Positions 12,183 to 24,254 of a stretch of DNA of 64,000 nucleotides are shown in pieces; position 1 is the first letter of the stretch, and every line of letters starts with the position of its first letter. This DNA comes from Raja brachyura. Its lineage: Eukaryota. A program made the position numbers and the translations under genes. Where the stretch lies: the NCBI GenBank assembly GCA_963514005.1, contig OY740789.1, positions 55,924,001 through 55,988,000 on the forward strand, given 5' to 3'. The notes beneath the pieces are model-generated. The model saw nothing but the letters and a program-made list of their open reading frames with translations, was not told the origin of the DNA and searched no databases.

Positions 12183-12479
12183 CTTTCAATATTTAATAAA
12201 CATCGATGGTGATTTCCTTGCTTGCCCTCGTACTCGTGAGTTTGCCGCTTTGCTTGGTTCCAGCCTTGTTGCAGACCTGAATGCCAGAGGATAGTGAGAA
12301 TCATGCCTCGTGGTTTCAAGATCAAAACTGGAAATCTTATGACCACAAAATGTCCAAACAAAGACGGTCAGTGAATTAATTCAAAGGGAACTTCCTACCA
12401 ATGTGCGATGAAAAATAACTTGTGCATTAGATATCACTGTTTCATTATTCCCACCAAATTTTGCTTATTTGTGAAGAGC

Positions 12480-13295
12480 GTATGATGAGTGTTTGATGGC
12501 GCTGGGTAGGTGCTCGCTTAGCTTGTATACTCTGTATACATGTGGCTGGGCTCGTATACTTTGTATACATGTGGCTGGGCTTGTATACTCTGTATACATG
12601 TGGCTGGGCTTGTATACTCTGTATACATGTGGCTGGGCTCATATACTCTGTATACATGTGGCTGGGCTTGTATACTCTGTATACATGTGGCTGGGATCGT
12701 ACACTCTGTATACATGTGGCTGGGCTTGTATACTCTGTATACACGTAGCTGGGCGTGTATACTCTGTATACATGTGGCTGGGCTTGTATACTCTGTATAC
12801 ATGTGGCTGGGCTTGTATACTCTGTATACATGTGGCTGGGCTTGTATACTCTGTATACATGTGGCTGGGCTTGTATACTCTGGAATTTAGAAGGATGAGA
12901 GGGATCTTATTGAAACATATAAGATTATTAAGGGTTGGAACACACTAGAGGCAGGAAACATGTTACCGATATTGGGGGAGTCTAGAACCATGGGCTACAG
13001 ATCAAGAATACGGGGTAAGCCAATTAAAAAGGAGATGAGGAAAAAAAACTTCACACGGGGTGTTGTGAATCTGTGGAATTCTCTGCCTCAGAAGGCAGTG
13101 GAGGGTAATTCTCTGGATGCTTTTAAGAGAGAGTTAGAGCTTGTAAAGATAGCGTAGTCAGGGGACATGGGGAGAAGGCAGGAACGGGGTACTGATTGTG
13201 GATGATCAACCATGATCACAGTGAATGGCAGTGCTGGCTCGAAGGGCCGAATGGCCTTCTTCTGCACCTATTGTCTATTGTATATTGTCTATTGT
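12480..13295 (+). mobile_element. Chimeric CR1 3' fragment containing a 29-bp minisatellite
   Basis: [13 protein letters not shown]...LWNSLPQKAVE and (tctattg)n-type tail. Confidence 0.88.
12520..12881. repeat. Minisatellite, 29-bp unit gcttgtatactctgtatacatgtggctgg, ~12.5 copies
   Basis: Directly visible tandem array with a few variant units. Confidence 0.97.
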
Positions 13296-13504
13296 CAGTC
13301 ATCACAAGCTCAGGGTATTGCCATTGAATTCCTAAGAGCAACGTCTTTTGGTCAACTATTTCCAAACAGCAGCAAACATTGTCCTCCAGTCAAAGTTTTG
13401 TGGGGAAGAGGGGTGGGAGGAGCTACTCACCATTTTGATCACAGCTATTCTGAGTCCACACTACCATCCACAGAACTGGCACAACACTCATGTTCAGGCT
13501 GGAG

Positions 13505-13730
13505 ACTCAAGAGACTGCATATGGTGGAATCCTGAGCAAAACACAAAGTGCCGGAGAAACTGAGTCAGGCAGCATCTGGGGAGGACATGAATAGATGACA
13601 TTTTGGGTTGGGACCCTTTGGTTAGGGATCTGACTGAGGAAGGGTCCCAACCTGAAAAGTCATCTGTCCATTCCCTCCCCAGATGTTGCCTAACCCATTG
13701 AGTTCCTCCACCACTTTGTGTTTTATCCCA
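13505..13730. mobile_element. Palindromic Penelope-like terminal repeat pair
   Basis: acacaaagtgccggagaaactgagtcaggcagcatctg... / ...cagatgttgcctaacccattgagttcctccaccactttgtg around ctgaggaagggtcccaacctgaaaagtc. Confidence 0.65.
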
Positions 13731-14664
13731 GATTCAAACTAATAGATGGTAGATAGCATTTACTTGACAATATTTTTATGCATGACAATTCATGAAGTTG
13801 ACTGATTAATCTTGTTATGACTCCAATTTTTAGATTCGAAGTGAAACGCGATATTTGGTTCAAATGGAAAAATAGATGAGAGGAATCTCATTTAACAACA
13901 GAACTGACTCAAGGGGCTACACAGCTTACCTCTTCCCCAATTTCTTATTTTCTTTGCTTTAGCACAGATGTATCTGCAAATCATTAGTTCAATTTTGTGG
14001 CCAATAACTGAAACATTCAGCTCAGAATCTGTTCCATATCGTCAGTATTCTGCAACAAAAAAAAGATCCCAACTGAACATCTTTTAGCATGTAATTAAAG
14101 TAGGTAATGAATTCTCGGCCAAATATCCTTCTATATCTCAACAAGTTCACTGGGCAGGTCAGACTCCCAAATGGCCTTTAGGATCTGTTGAAGCCAAACT
14201 CAAAAATGAAGCAAACGCCCTTGGGCTTTACAATCGCTTTATACTGGACATAAATTGCTCTGTAAGTAAAGGGCCAGACACATATGTCTCCACCACAATC
14301 CATGGAAGATTTAGTGAAATGGGTTTTGGAATTTGATACGGTGACTTCAATGTAAATGAATCTCAGATTAATGAAAAGTTTAACACCTCACAGCTGAGTA
14401 TTTGGTGAATCTTTCCCAAGTCATCCCATCCCTTAAGGTTATGGGGCTCTCAGTCCTGCTTTTTAAATAGCAATCGCATTAAATCATTTGAAGAAAGAGG
14501 TTTTTCGTAAAAAGCCACAAGAATGGATTCAGAATAAAAATCAGAAAATATGAGAACAATAATATGTTTGCGATATCAGGAGAGGTGGGTAAGATTCTGT
14601 CCGTAAATGAATTATATTTAAAAGTGTAAAGTAAGTTGTACAATAGTAGAATTCCCTTGCAGAA

Positions 14665-15030
14665 AAAAGGAACTGCAGATGCTGGTTTACAAAATAAGAT
14701 ACAGAATACTGGAGTAACTCAACCGGTCAGGCAGGATCTCTGGAAAACATGGAAGGTGATGTTTCGGGTCAGGACCCTTGAAGTTACTTAAGCAACCTGC
14801 TGAGTGCCACTCCAGCACTTTGTGCCTTTCGACTTTACTTTAGACTTTAGAGATACACCGCATTTTTGAGAAACAGGCCCTTTAGCCCAGAGAGTCCATG
14901 CCAACCAGCGATTACCCCATCACTGCATACCCATGATAGACACAAAAAGCTGGAGTAACTCAGCGGGGCAGGCAGCATCTCTGGAGTGAAGGAATGGGTG
15001 GGATTTCAGGTCGAGACACTTCTTCACCTA
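14665..15030. mobile_element. Cluster of two Penelope-like terminal repeats and a minus-strand SINE 3' fragment
   Basis: Family consensus motifs at 14665-14830 and 14935-15030; SINE tail (ttagact)n at 14830-14930. Confidence 0.6.
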
Positions 15031-15682
15031 CACTACACTTAATGTAAATTGAAAAGTGCAAAATTTTATTGACAGGCCAAAGAAAATGCCATATAAAAGC
15101 AAAATCTTTCTTGAAACAAAATAATTATATTTTTCCATAGCACATGTCACAACTTTGCAACATCACCCATACCTCCAGATTCAGGAACAGTTTCTTCCCA
15201 GCTGCTATCAGGCAACTGAACAGTCCTCTCATCAGCTAGAGTATGGTCGTGACCTCCTACCAACCTCATTGGAGACCTTTGTATTACATTTATTTGGAGT
15301 TTATTGGACTTCAAGTAAACTCATTATAATTCATCTTATTATTGTGGGAAAATGCAGCAGAAATTTGATGCTAAACAAGATATCATAAACAGAAGATCAT
15401 CCAAAGCAGTGGTGTTTTTTAAGGGATATTGGCCAGGATATGCAAAAGTCTCAACAGCTCTCCTTGAAAGATCTTTGACCTCAATTTAAGAAACCCAAGA
15501 AGATTATATACACAAGTTTCTTATGAGCAACTTGAATCCATGACCTTTTGGCCAAAGAGAAACAAATGCCATCACTAGGCCGAGCCTGATACTTTTATGG
15601 AAGCACACAATGAATCAGTCAGATAAATAAATCACATTTTATACAAACAACATCCTACACTGATCCACTGGCACGGTCAACA

Positions 15683-15998
15683 GGATGACACGGAGGCGCA
15701 ATGGTAGAGTTGCTGCCTTACGGCGGCAGAAACCTAGGTTTGATACTGACTACGGGTGCTGTCTGTGCTGAGTTTTTACGTTCTCCCTGTGACTGCGTGG
15801 GTTTTCTCTGGGTGTTCCTATTTCCTCCCACATCCCTAAGACGTGCGGGTTTGTTGGTTAATTGGCTTCCGTAAATTGTCCTTCGAGTGTAGGATGGAGC
15901 TACAGTAGTGTGAACGAGTGATCAGTGGTTGGCGCAGGCTCGGTGGGCCGAAAGGCCAGTTTTAATGCTTATCTCTAAACTAAACTAAACTAAACTAA
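15683..15998 (+). mobile_element. HE1-like V-SINE, full length
   Basis: tRNA-like head, V-domain and (taaac)n tail. Confidence 0.85.
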
Positions 15999-16504
15999 AG
16001 AACAGATGTCGCACATCAATTTGCAAGACTCAACACATCTTCTGATATCTAAATAAAAAGTTAAGCACAGGGAAAGGACAGAAAGTCCTGTTTTGTGACA
16101 GAATCTGATCTGAGAATTTACGATTTTGAAACACGGGTGTTTGGGGAAATCAGCCTTTACAACTCTGGAACACACACCATGATTGAATGGCAAAGTAGAC
16201 TTGAAGGGCTGAGTGGCCTAATTCTACTCCTATCACTTATGACCTTATGACATACTTAAAAATTCTATGGTAAAGCGTATACTAAAATAGTAAGATTAAA
16301 CGAGAACTTACCAGTTTGAAATTTGATCCTTATTTTATGAGGAGTTACGATGAGGGATTTCGTGAAGACCCCGCCAGCACGCATGCGCAACATTCTTCAA
16401 AGCAGCGGTGTGAAATCACAGATAGTAGAACTGACTGGAGATAGTAAGATTAAGAGGAACTAATATACCAGTTGACCTTATGATAGAGGGTTGGGAGCGG
16501 AGGG

Positions 16505-16617
16505 CACGAAATCCCTCATCGTAACTCAACATAAAATAAGGATCAAACTTCAAACTGGTAAGTTCTCGTTTAATCTTACTATTTTACTTCGGAGTCACGT
16601 GAGTGACTTCATGAAGA
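16505..16617. repeat. DIRS internal complementary region (ICR)
   Basis: 16505-16586 is the reverse complement of 16283-16364; 16581-16617 is the reverse complement of 21159-21195. Confidence 0.93.
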
Positions 16618-16796
16618 TTTAAAAGCTCTGTGATTTCATGCTCTGGAACCACATCCATGCTCACACAATGCTGTAATAACTGATGGAGGAAGTATGTTAA
16701 TGTATTTCAGACTTGAAACAGAGCTGAAAAACAAGAATGTATTTATTAACACAAACAAAAAAACCCTGACTTCAGGGAACGTTCAGGGAACATAAC

Positions 16797-17745
16797 TTAA
16801 ACAGTGTCTGCAAACATCGTGGGAGTGGCCACAGGTTTGTTGTAAAACCGTTGAAATGTGCCTTCATTGGCCCAGCCCGCTGTTGTGAGAACATGGTCCA
16901 TAGGCACCTCCATGGTCCTCGCCGCTGATGTGGACGCAGCCCTGGTAGAATGAGATTTAAAAATATCAGTGTCTACCCCTGCTGCACCCAACACCACCCA
17001 GAGCCACCTGGAAATAGTCTGCACAGTTACCCTGTAGTGTGGGCATTTAAAACTGATAAAGAGACCTACTTCCATACCGCTGATATTTTGGGTGACATTT
17101 ATATAATGTCGAAGATGGGTGGCTATACAGAGGCGTACATCAATGGGATATGCCAGCAATTCCAATTTAAGACCGGTTGTTCCAGGTCTATGGTGTTTTA
17201 GTAACTCATCAATAAAGAAGGTTACCTTGGTGGGGGTCGAGACCATCCTGTCCAATTTCAGTTTGTGGAAGGTCTGGACCCGTTGAGCTGTGATAAGTGC
17301 CATCAGCATCACCACTTTATAGGTGAGTTTTGCCAGTGGGTGTTTTGAAACTGGTGACCAACTCCTGAGTAGGGACAACACTACCCCAATATCCCAGGTC
17401 ATAGTGTATCGTGGCCTTGGAGGGTTGGAATTGAAAATACCCCTCATTAGTTTTGACACCAATGGATGGGATCCCACTCCAAGTCTGAGGTAGGATGATA
17501 ATGCACTCCTTGCACTGTTGATGGCACTGTAGCTGAGGCCCTCATCATAATGAAGGCCCGCGAGGAATTCCAGCACATCTGTGATGGTGGCAGAGTCGTA
17601 GGTGATATCAGTCCTGGAACAGAAGACCTCCCATTTCCTTACATGGGTAAGGTATTGCTTCCTTGTGAACTCTCTGCACGACGCCGTGATGATGTCCATG
17701 GTCCTGTTCGACAGCCCAAATTCCAGTAATGGTCTCTTCAGAACC
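16797..17745 (-). pseudogene. DIRS tyrosine recombinase (ORF3)
   Basis: Catalytic motifs TAQRVQT (R), HSTRAASTS (HxxR), AGW...TFQRFYNKP (W/Y); N-terminal LSYSAINSARSALS typical of the integrase SAM-like domain. Confidence 0.92.
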
Positions 17746-19628
17746 TGCAAGCCAACAGGTTCAGATGACCATGGCACGGATGACTCTCCCCTGATATGGG
17801 ATGTGTCAGGAGGTTCGGGCATTTGGGAACCTGCACCCACGGTTCCTTCACCATGTCGAGGACCACCGGGAACTATGGCTGAGTAGGCCAGTCGGGTATT
17901 ATCAGTATCCCTGATGCGGAATCTAACTGGATTTTCTGCAAAACCCGACTGATGAGGCAGAAAGGGGGAAATGCATAGAAGAACAAGTTCCCCCAATGTA
18001 GCGAGAATCACTACTGCCCCAGGGTCTGGTTCCCAAGAGACATATGTTGGTATCTGATGGTTCAATCTGGATGCAAAGAGGTCGCTATCTGGTGTTCCAT
18101 ACTGAGCTATAATGTTTGCAAATATTTGGGGGTTCAACATCCACTCGGTGTTGTCATTGAATATACGTGACCTGGTGTCCGCCACTGTATTAAGCTTACC
18201 CGGAAGGTATGTAGCTGAAATCCAAATGTTTCTTTCAATGCACCAGTGCCAAATTGTGTTTGCCAATTAATCACAAGATATCGACTTGATACCACCCATA
18301 TGGTTTAAATATGCCACCACTGTGGTATTGTCTTTTTGTAGACGGACATGCGTATGATGCATATTTGTACAGTAAGGCTGTAGTCCGTGAAATGATCCCA
18401 GCATTTCCAAATAGTTTATACCTCGTGATTGGAGCAATGTTGATTCATGCAAATCCCATCTGCCGCCACTACTAGAAGTGGTGCCGTGGGCGCTGGTGTC
18501 AGTTTGCAACACGACTGAAGGGTTTGTAACTACGATGGGATTAAAACAATATCGGATGCTGCTAATCCACAGCGTAGCTCATTTTTTGCTTTGGTTGGTA
18601 GCTGCATAGGTCTATCAAAATGCCCAGCATTAGTTTTTAGTGCTGAGATTTTTGCTCTTTGCAAGTTTTGATAATGCAACGGTCCAAATCGTGCAGCTGG
18701 AAGTTTCCCAATTACCTTGGCAGCATGTCGAATAGTCGGTTTTCTGGCACAAGCAAGGCTATTACATGCCTCTGCTTGTATTTGCCGCTTTGTTATTTGG
18801 GAAAGTGATAATCATATGATTTGTGTTAATCGTGAATCCCAGATAGTCCATAATGACAGAAGGTGTTAACTTAGATTTGTCTGGATGGATGATGAACCCC
18901 AGCTTTTGGAATAGTGACTTGGTGGCTGTCACAGCTAATTTAGCCAATTCCAAAGTTTCCCCCACAATCAGTATGTCATCAAGGTAGGCCAAGACTATGT
19001 GGTTTTGTCTTCGTAGAGACACCAATGCTGGTTTCAATATTTTGGTAAATAACCTGGGGGCTGTTGTTAGTCCATTAGGCAGTGCTCTATACTGCCACAG
19101 CTGCCCCATCCAGACAAATTTCAAATATCTGCGATGATCTTTACGCATAGGTACTGAATAGTATGCATCTTTTAGATCGATGCAGGCCATGAAGTACCCT
19201 CTGGAAATCAGTTGCTTGGCAGTTTCAAATGTTTCCATCTTGAAATGGGTATATTGCACAAAGGTATTCAGTTGAGTTAAGTCAATTATAATACGACATC
19301 CACCATCTTTTTTAGTTTTGGTAAAGATGTTAGATACAAACTCAAGAGGTTCATGTACAGTTTTCTCTATTACCCCCTTGGTATATAATCTGAATAGTTC
19401 TGCATGTCCTTCCACTTTCTCTTTTTGAGAAAGCACAAATTTCCGGCTAGGTACATGTTGAACTGGTGGGAGTTGTTTGTTTATAAAGGGGTCAGAAGTT
19501 ATGGAACTCCATGCATCCCTAAACAGACACAACCTACCTCCCACTTGTGAGGTTATGCATGCAAATTCCCAAGGGAACCAGGCCCCCTTACCTCCATGGT
19601 TACTGGTGAGGCTTGGTCTTCCGTCCAT
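17745..19628 (-). pseudogene. DIRS pol: reverse transcriptase, RNase H and N6-adenine methyltransferase-like domain (frameshifts and stops)
   Basis: RT IDLKDAYY, ALPNGLTTAPRLFTK, YLDD; RNase H QTDTS...INYLEM...DNTTVVAYLNHMGG...NTVADTRSR; MT DLFASRLN and, in a shifted frame, YAFPPF...IIPDWPTQP*. Confidence 0.9.
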
Positions 19629-20568
19629 GGTTCTTGGGATGTTGTGGCGCTGTGGTGTGGGGTTGACGCATTTTCCAAGCGGGTCGCTCTGGGCCTTGGC
19701 CTAAAAAAGGCCTCTGTGGATGAGGCACGACCTTTGAATTTGCACCCGTCACCCTATCGGGGTGAAAGCGGGGCCTGTTGGGTGTTGCATACGGATGCTG
19801 CCATCGATACGCTGGTGGCCTGCTAGAGGAAGGCGGTTTTATCATGCCGACCGCTTTGGTTTTCTCATCTAGGTCTTTGACCTGTTTGGGCAGGTCATCC
19901 CCAAACAACAAGCTTGGTGACGGCGTAGCGCTGGCTTTACACAACCTCGCAAATTTGGGGTTGAGCATGGGACGGATAGATCTTTTTCTGAAGCAATTAA
20001 TCTCATATTGCGCGTTACAGAACAGGGCTAATGCATCCTGCTGCTCTCCCGTCATGGCCGCACCATCGACTGACCTGGCAAATGCAGTAATCCCTGAGGT
20101 CAGTAGTTTGAGGATTTTCTGAATTTTCAATTCCTGTGCCCTTATCCCAGAGCTTATATTCCCCCATATGGGTGTGTTGATGGTGGGTACATTCAGCGAC
20201 ACACAATTCTCCGGGGCCAGGTACTTGCCTGCGGTCTCCGAAATTACCTGTTCCTGTAGTTGGTGTGTGGTCAGGTAATTGATGCTAGCCGCTAGCCATG
20301 GCTGAAGAGGTTGCCCTTTCTGGGACGGCTGCGCAAATTTAGACACCATCCCCAGAAGTTCCTCTTCCTGCATCCCATGCAATTTTGGGTCTTTGGTCAA
20401 CCCCTCCTCAAAGTCAGCCAATCCCTGACTTCTGGCGCTCCCTACCGAGGAGGGAGAGATGTTGGACAGTCTTGGAAAAGGGGCTGTTGTGGACCTATGT
20501 GATCCACGGGTAGCATGCTCCTGCTGGAGTAGGTCCCTCTGGAGCAGCCGCTCCATCATCCGCTCCAT
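19600..20568 (-). CDS. DIRS ORF1 (gag-like), surviving open part; N-terminal repeat region upstream is disrupted
   Basis: 322-aa ORF in the ORF1 position, overlapping the pol start; PENCVSLNVPTINTPIW and LLFGDDL resemble DIRS gag motifs. Confidence 0.75.
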   Translation of the reverse strand: MERMMERLLQRDLLQQEHATRGSHRSTTAPFPRLSNISPSSVGSARSQGLADFEEGLTKDPKLHGMQEEELLGMVSKFAQPSQKGQPLQPWLAASINYLTTHQLQEQVISETAGKYLAPENCVSLNVPTINTPIWGNISSGIRAQELKIQKILKLLTSGITAFARSVDGAAMTGEQQDALALFCNAQYEINCFRKRSIRPMLNPKFARLCKASATPSPSLLFGDDLPKQVKDLDEKTKAVGMIKPPSSSRPPAYRWQHPYATPNRPRFHPDRVTGANSKVVPHPQRPFLGQGPERPAWKMRQPHTTAPQHPKNHGRKTKPHQ

Positions 20569-20681
20569 GCGGGCAATGCAATTGCCGTCGCTATCTGCGA
20601 ACGGTAGGTCGTCTTCCCCAGATTCTGCTGAATCAATGGGGCTATAACCGCCAATCCGACTCCGTCTGAGTGATGTCTATG

Positions 20682-21061
20682 GGACTGATGCGGTAGAAAG
20701 TTGGTACCAGCCGCTCCAGCGGGGCTGCGCGACTACTGCACGGATCTGCCGCCTCTCCGTGGTCTTCTGGACCGAAGCGATGGAGAGTTGGTGCCTGCTG
20801 CTCCTGCGGGGCTACACAACTTCCTGGTAGATCTACCGCCAGTCCGCGGTCTTCCGGACTGTGGCTGTGGGGAGTCGGTGCCTGCCGCTCCAGCGGGGCT
20901 ACACGATATCCACGTGGGCCTGCCGCCAGTCCGAGGTCTTCCGGATTGATGTGGCGGAAAGTCGGTGCCTGCCGCTCCAGCGGGGCTACTCGACTTCTGT
21001 GCGGTTTTACCGCCAGTCCGCAGTCTCCCGGACTGATGCGGTGGAGAGTCGGGGCCTGCCG
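20682..21061. repeat. 87-bp tandem repeat (4+ units) in the DIRS 5'/ORF1 region
   Basis: Unit starts at 20701, 20788, 20875, 20962 and 21049; minus-strand translation is a 29-aa repeat AGTDSPPHQSGRPRTGGR...SPAGA. Confidence 0.92.
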
Positions 21062-21195
21062 TCCTTTTTAACCTGCCGACAGAGGAGCTGCGCTCCCCCC
21101 CCCCAGCTTGTTGACTGCAATGCGAGCGACGATATGTTGCGCATGCATGCTGGCGGGGTCTTCACGAAGTCACTTACGTGACTCCAAAGTAAAAT

Positions 21196-21972
21196 GCGTA
21201 GGTGGTATCATAGACAGTGAAGACTGATAGCAGGAAATTCAGCAGGATCTTGATCATCTGGGCAAGTGGGCCAAGGAGTGGCTAAAGGATTTTTATTCAG
21301 ATCATTTAAAGGTGCTGTATTTTGCAAAGTCGTACCAGAGCAGGACATTCATGTGAAAGGTAGGACCCTAGGGAATGTTGTAAAACAGAGGGATCTAGCA
21401 GTACAAGCACAAATACTGAACTGGCATCACAGTCGAATAGGGTGGTGCAGATGACTTTCGGCACTACCCTTCATCAGTAGGAAAATGAGTATGGAAGTTG
21501 GGATACTATGTTGTATTAAATCAAGATTGTGGTGAGGCCACAGTTGGAGTATTGTGTTCAGTTTTGCTCACCAGCTATCGGAAAGATGTCATTAAGCTGG
21601 AAAGAGTGCAGAGAGGATTTACAAAGATGTTGCCAGGATTCGAGGGCCTGCACTATAGGGAGAGATTGGCCAGGCTAGGACTTTATTCCTTGGAGGACAG
21701 GAGAATAAAGAAATAGAGGGATAGGTTTAAGGTAAGAGGAAAAAGAAAACCTGAGGTGCAACATTTTCATACAGCTGATTGTGTATCTGGAATGAGCTGC
21801 CAGAGGAAGTAGTTGAGGCAGGTGCAATAAAAATATTCAAAGCCATTTAGCGAGGTTCATAGATTGGAAAGAATTGGAGGGATATGGCCAAATGTGGCAA
21901 ATTTGTCAAGCTTAGTCTCATAGACATGTTGGACCAAAGACAGACATGCAGTATGATGCTATGACTATGACC
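21196..21972 (+). mobile_element. Old CR1 LINE fragment (host of the DIRS insertion)
   Basis: [21 protein letters not shown]...LGLYSLE; decayed 3' end with ctatga repeats. Confidence 0.75.
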
Positions 21973-22066
21973 TCTGAACTTAGGTGCAGGTCAGAGGTCG
22001 TACTCATATTTCTATTTCTAAAGTGAAAGTCTTCAATTATGCAGCCAAGAAGGAACGTTGTCTGTC

Positions 22067-22371
22067 GGACGGCACGGCGGTGCAGCAGTAGCGTTGCTGC
22101 CTTACAGCGCCAGAGATCCAGGTTTGTAGATACGGAGTTTGTACACTTTCCTCACGACTGTGTGGGTTTTCTCTGGGTACTCCAGTTTCCTGCCACACTC
22201 AAAAGTCATTCAGGTTTGTAGGTTAATTTGGCTTCTGTAAATTATAAATTGTTCCTAGTGTGTAGGATAGTGTTAGTGTATGGGGGATCGCTGGTTGGCG
22301 CGAAGGGCCTTGGTGGGTCGAAGGGCCGATTTCCACGCTGTATCTCGAAACTAAAAACTAAATTAAACTAA
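22067..22371 (+). mobile_element. HE1-like V-SINE
   Basis: Head ggcacggcggtgcagcagtagcgttgctgccttacagcgccagaga, V-domain, aaacta tail. Confidence 0.85.
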
Positions 22372-23359
22372 AGAAGAGCATATAGCCTTGGTTATTATCA
22401 TATGGTTGAATCAGTTTAAATGATTACTGCTATTTGAAGCAGCAGAAGGACTTTCCACTGATCACTTGTGCTAGTGTAATTCTAGAATAAAAACATAATT
22501 CTAGAGTAAAAACAGTCATGGAATTTTGCTTCAGTCATTGCCTACTTTTATTAAATTCATTTCAAGGAAGTCAAGTGCGCTGGACTTGATTAAATGCATC
22601 AACTGATCCTCTTCCACATAACTAGCACTGGCCACTGAAGGCAAATTTCTAACCTACATTGCTTTCAGAGTGGATATTGGTCTTTGACTGCTGAGGGTGA
22701 ACCTACTGTTCTGCGTCTGAAATTCAGTCGCATCGGTTCTGGTGAAACCAAATTTCAGTAGTCAGTGCAGTGGTCTCTTCTACAATGCATGTTCAGTGCA
22801 GATAACCAAGGAAGAACAGCTCCCCTTTCACATCCTCTTCAGCTGCACGTGCTAAATATGGTTTAAATCTACTTCTACTTGAATGTATATCGTTGCCAGT
22901 AACAAATAAATCTGCAAAGATTACTGAGTAATTTAATCTCATATAGCATAGAATAAAATATGAGCATTATCATTGCCAAGAAAATAAAAGTGCAGGTGGC
23001 CTGCTGAACTTTGGCATGTAAGATCCAGCTCGACACACAGATGGCCACATGCACTATTTCTGCTAAATATGTTTTCCAGAACAACTAAATCTTCTGAAAA
23101 GAAGATTCCTCGTAAATAGTTTTTTTAGGCGGGGATAAAAAGAGGGAAACATGGCATTGTCTCATTATGTACAGTTCATACAAAGAGGGAGTTTTCCCAC
23201 GCAGATTGCCAATTTAAATATCGCAAGTGTGTTCTTCACTGCAGGGAATCCGTCTGCACCAGAAAAATGTCTTTCCATTCAGATGGCACTGGTGGAGATG
23301 GAGCCAAAGGAAAGATTATTTACTCCAAACTATGGTCGTCCATGTGTGAGAAGTCTGCA

Positions 23360-23680
23360 TAGTGGCACAACAGTAGAGTTGCTGCCTTACAGCGCCAGAG
23401 ACCCGGGTTTAATCCTGACGAGTGATGTGGTCTGTATGGAGTTTGCACGTTCTCCCCAATGACCACGTGGGTTTTCTCCAGGTGCTCCGGTTTTCTCCCA
23501 CATTCTGAAGGCATACAGATTTGTAGGTTGATTGGCTTCAGTAAGTTATCAAATTGGCCATTGTGTGTTTTTAATTTAGTCTACGGGGTGATCGCTGGGG
23601 GGGGGGGGAGGGAGGGGGAAGGGGCATGGACTTGGTGATCAGAAGGGCCTGTTTCTGCATGAATCTCCAGTCTCAAGTCT
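23360..23680 (+). mobile_element. HE1-like V-SINE with G-rich insertion
   Basis: Consensus head and V-domain. Confidence 0.8.
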
Positions 23681-24254
23681 GCTTTCCTCAACATCCAGGC
23701 CATGCCATCTTATTGCTGGTACCTTAGGGCAGGAGATACACTATCAGGTTTAGGAACAGCTACTTTCCTGCAGCCATCAGGTGCATGAACCAGCCTGCAC
23801 AACTGTAAACCAATCTCAGCAATGGGACACCATGACCACCTCTTGCACTATCACAAACTAGTTTTCTAGTTGTGTTTCTGCACTAATATTTTTTTGTTGT
23901 TCACAGTCATTTTCTTTTTGCTCTCTTGGATAATTTACATATAATTTATGTTCAGGTGTGTTGTCTGGGTCTATATGTCAGTTTTGCTGCAAACAAAATT
24001 TTTTCGCTGCACCTTTTGCCTCACCGTTCCTGTGCATGTCAGTGAATACTTGACCAATACATACATTTTTTTTCTCTGTCTTTCGGGTAATATGGATACT
24101 TAGAAACAAAATACGACTAGCATTTCTACTTCATGTTAGAACATTTCATGGAGATGTCTCAAGATGCTTTAACTAAAATTAAATTTGAAAAGCAGAAACA
24201 TAATCAGCAAAGCATAACTTGCCACAAGTTTAAATCACGATAAGTTCAATGTTC

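Larger units (their letters stand above)
16283..21195 (-). mobile_element. DIRS1-like tyrosine-recombinase retrotransposon, structurally complete, coding regions disabled
   Basis: gag-RT-RNaseH-methyltransferase-YR order; ITRs 21134-21166 and 16361-16393; internal complementary region 16505-16617 complementary to both outer ends. Confidence 0.95.

Noticed and set aside
12520-12881. CRISPR-like regular 29-bp repeat
   Set aside because: No unique spacers; it is a head-to-tail tandem array in vertebrate DNA, derived from CR1 sequence.
12445-12948. Several overlapping repetitive ORFs on both strands (MYTEYTSPATCIQSIQAQPHV...)
   Set aside because: By-product of a stop-free 29-bp minisatellite, not a gene.
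16797-18266. 489-aa ORF as a novel methyltransferase-recombinase fusion protein
   Set aside because: A frameshift inside the MT domain moves the reading into the overlapping YR frame; the true MT motif YAFPPF is in another frame.
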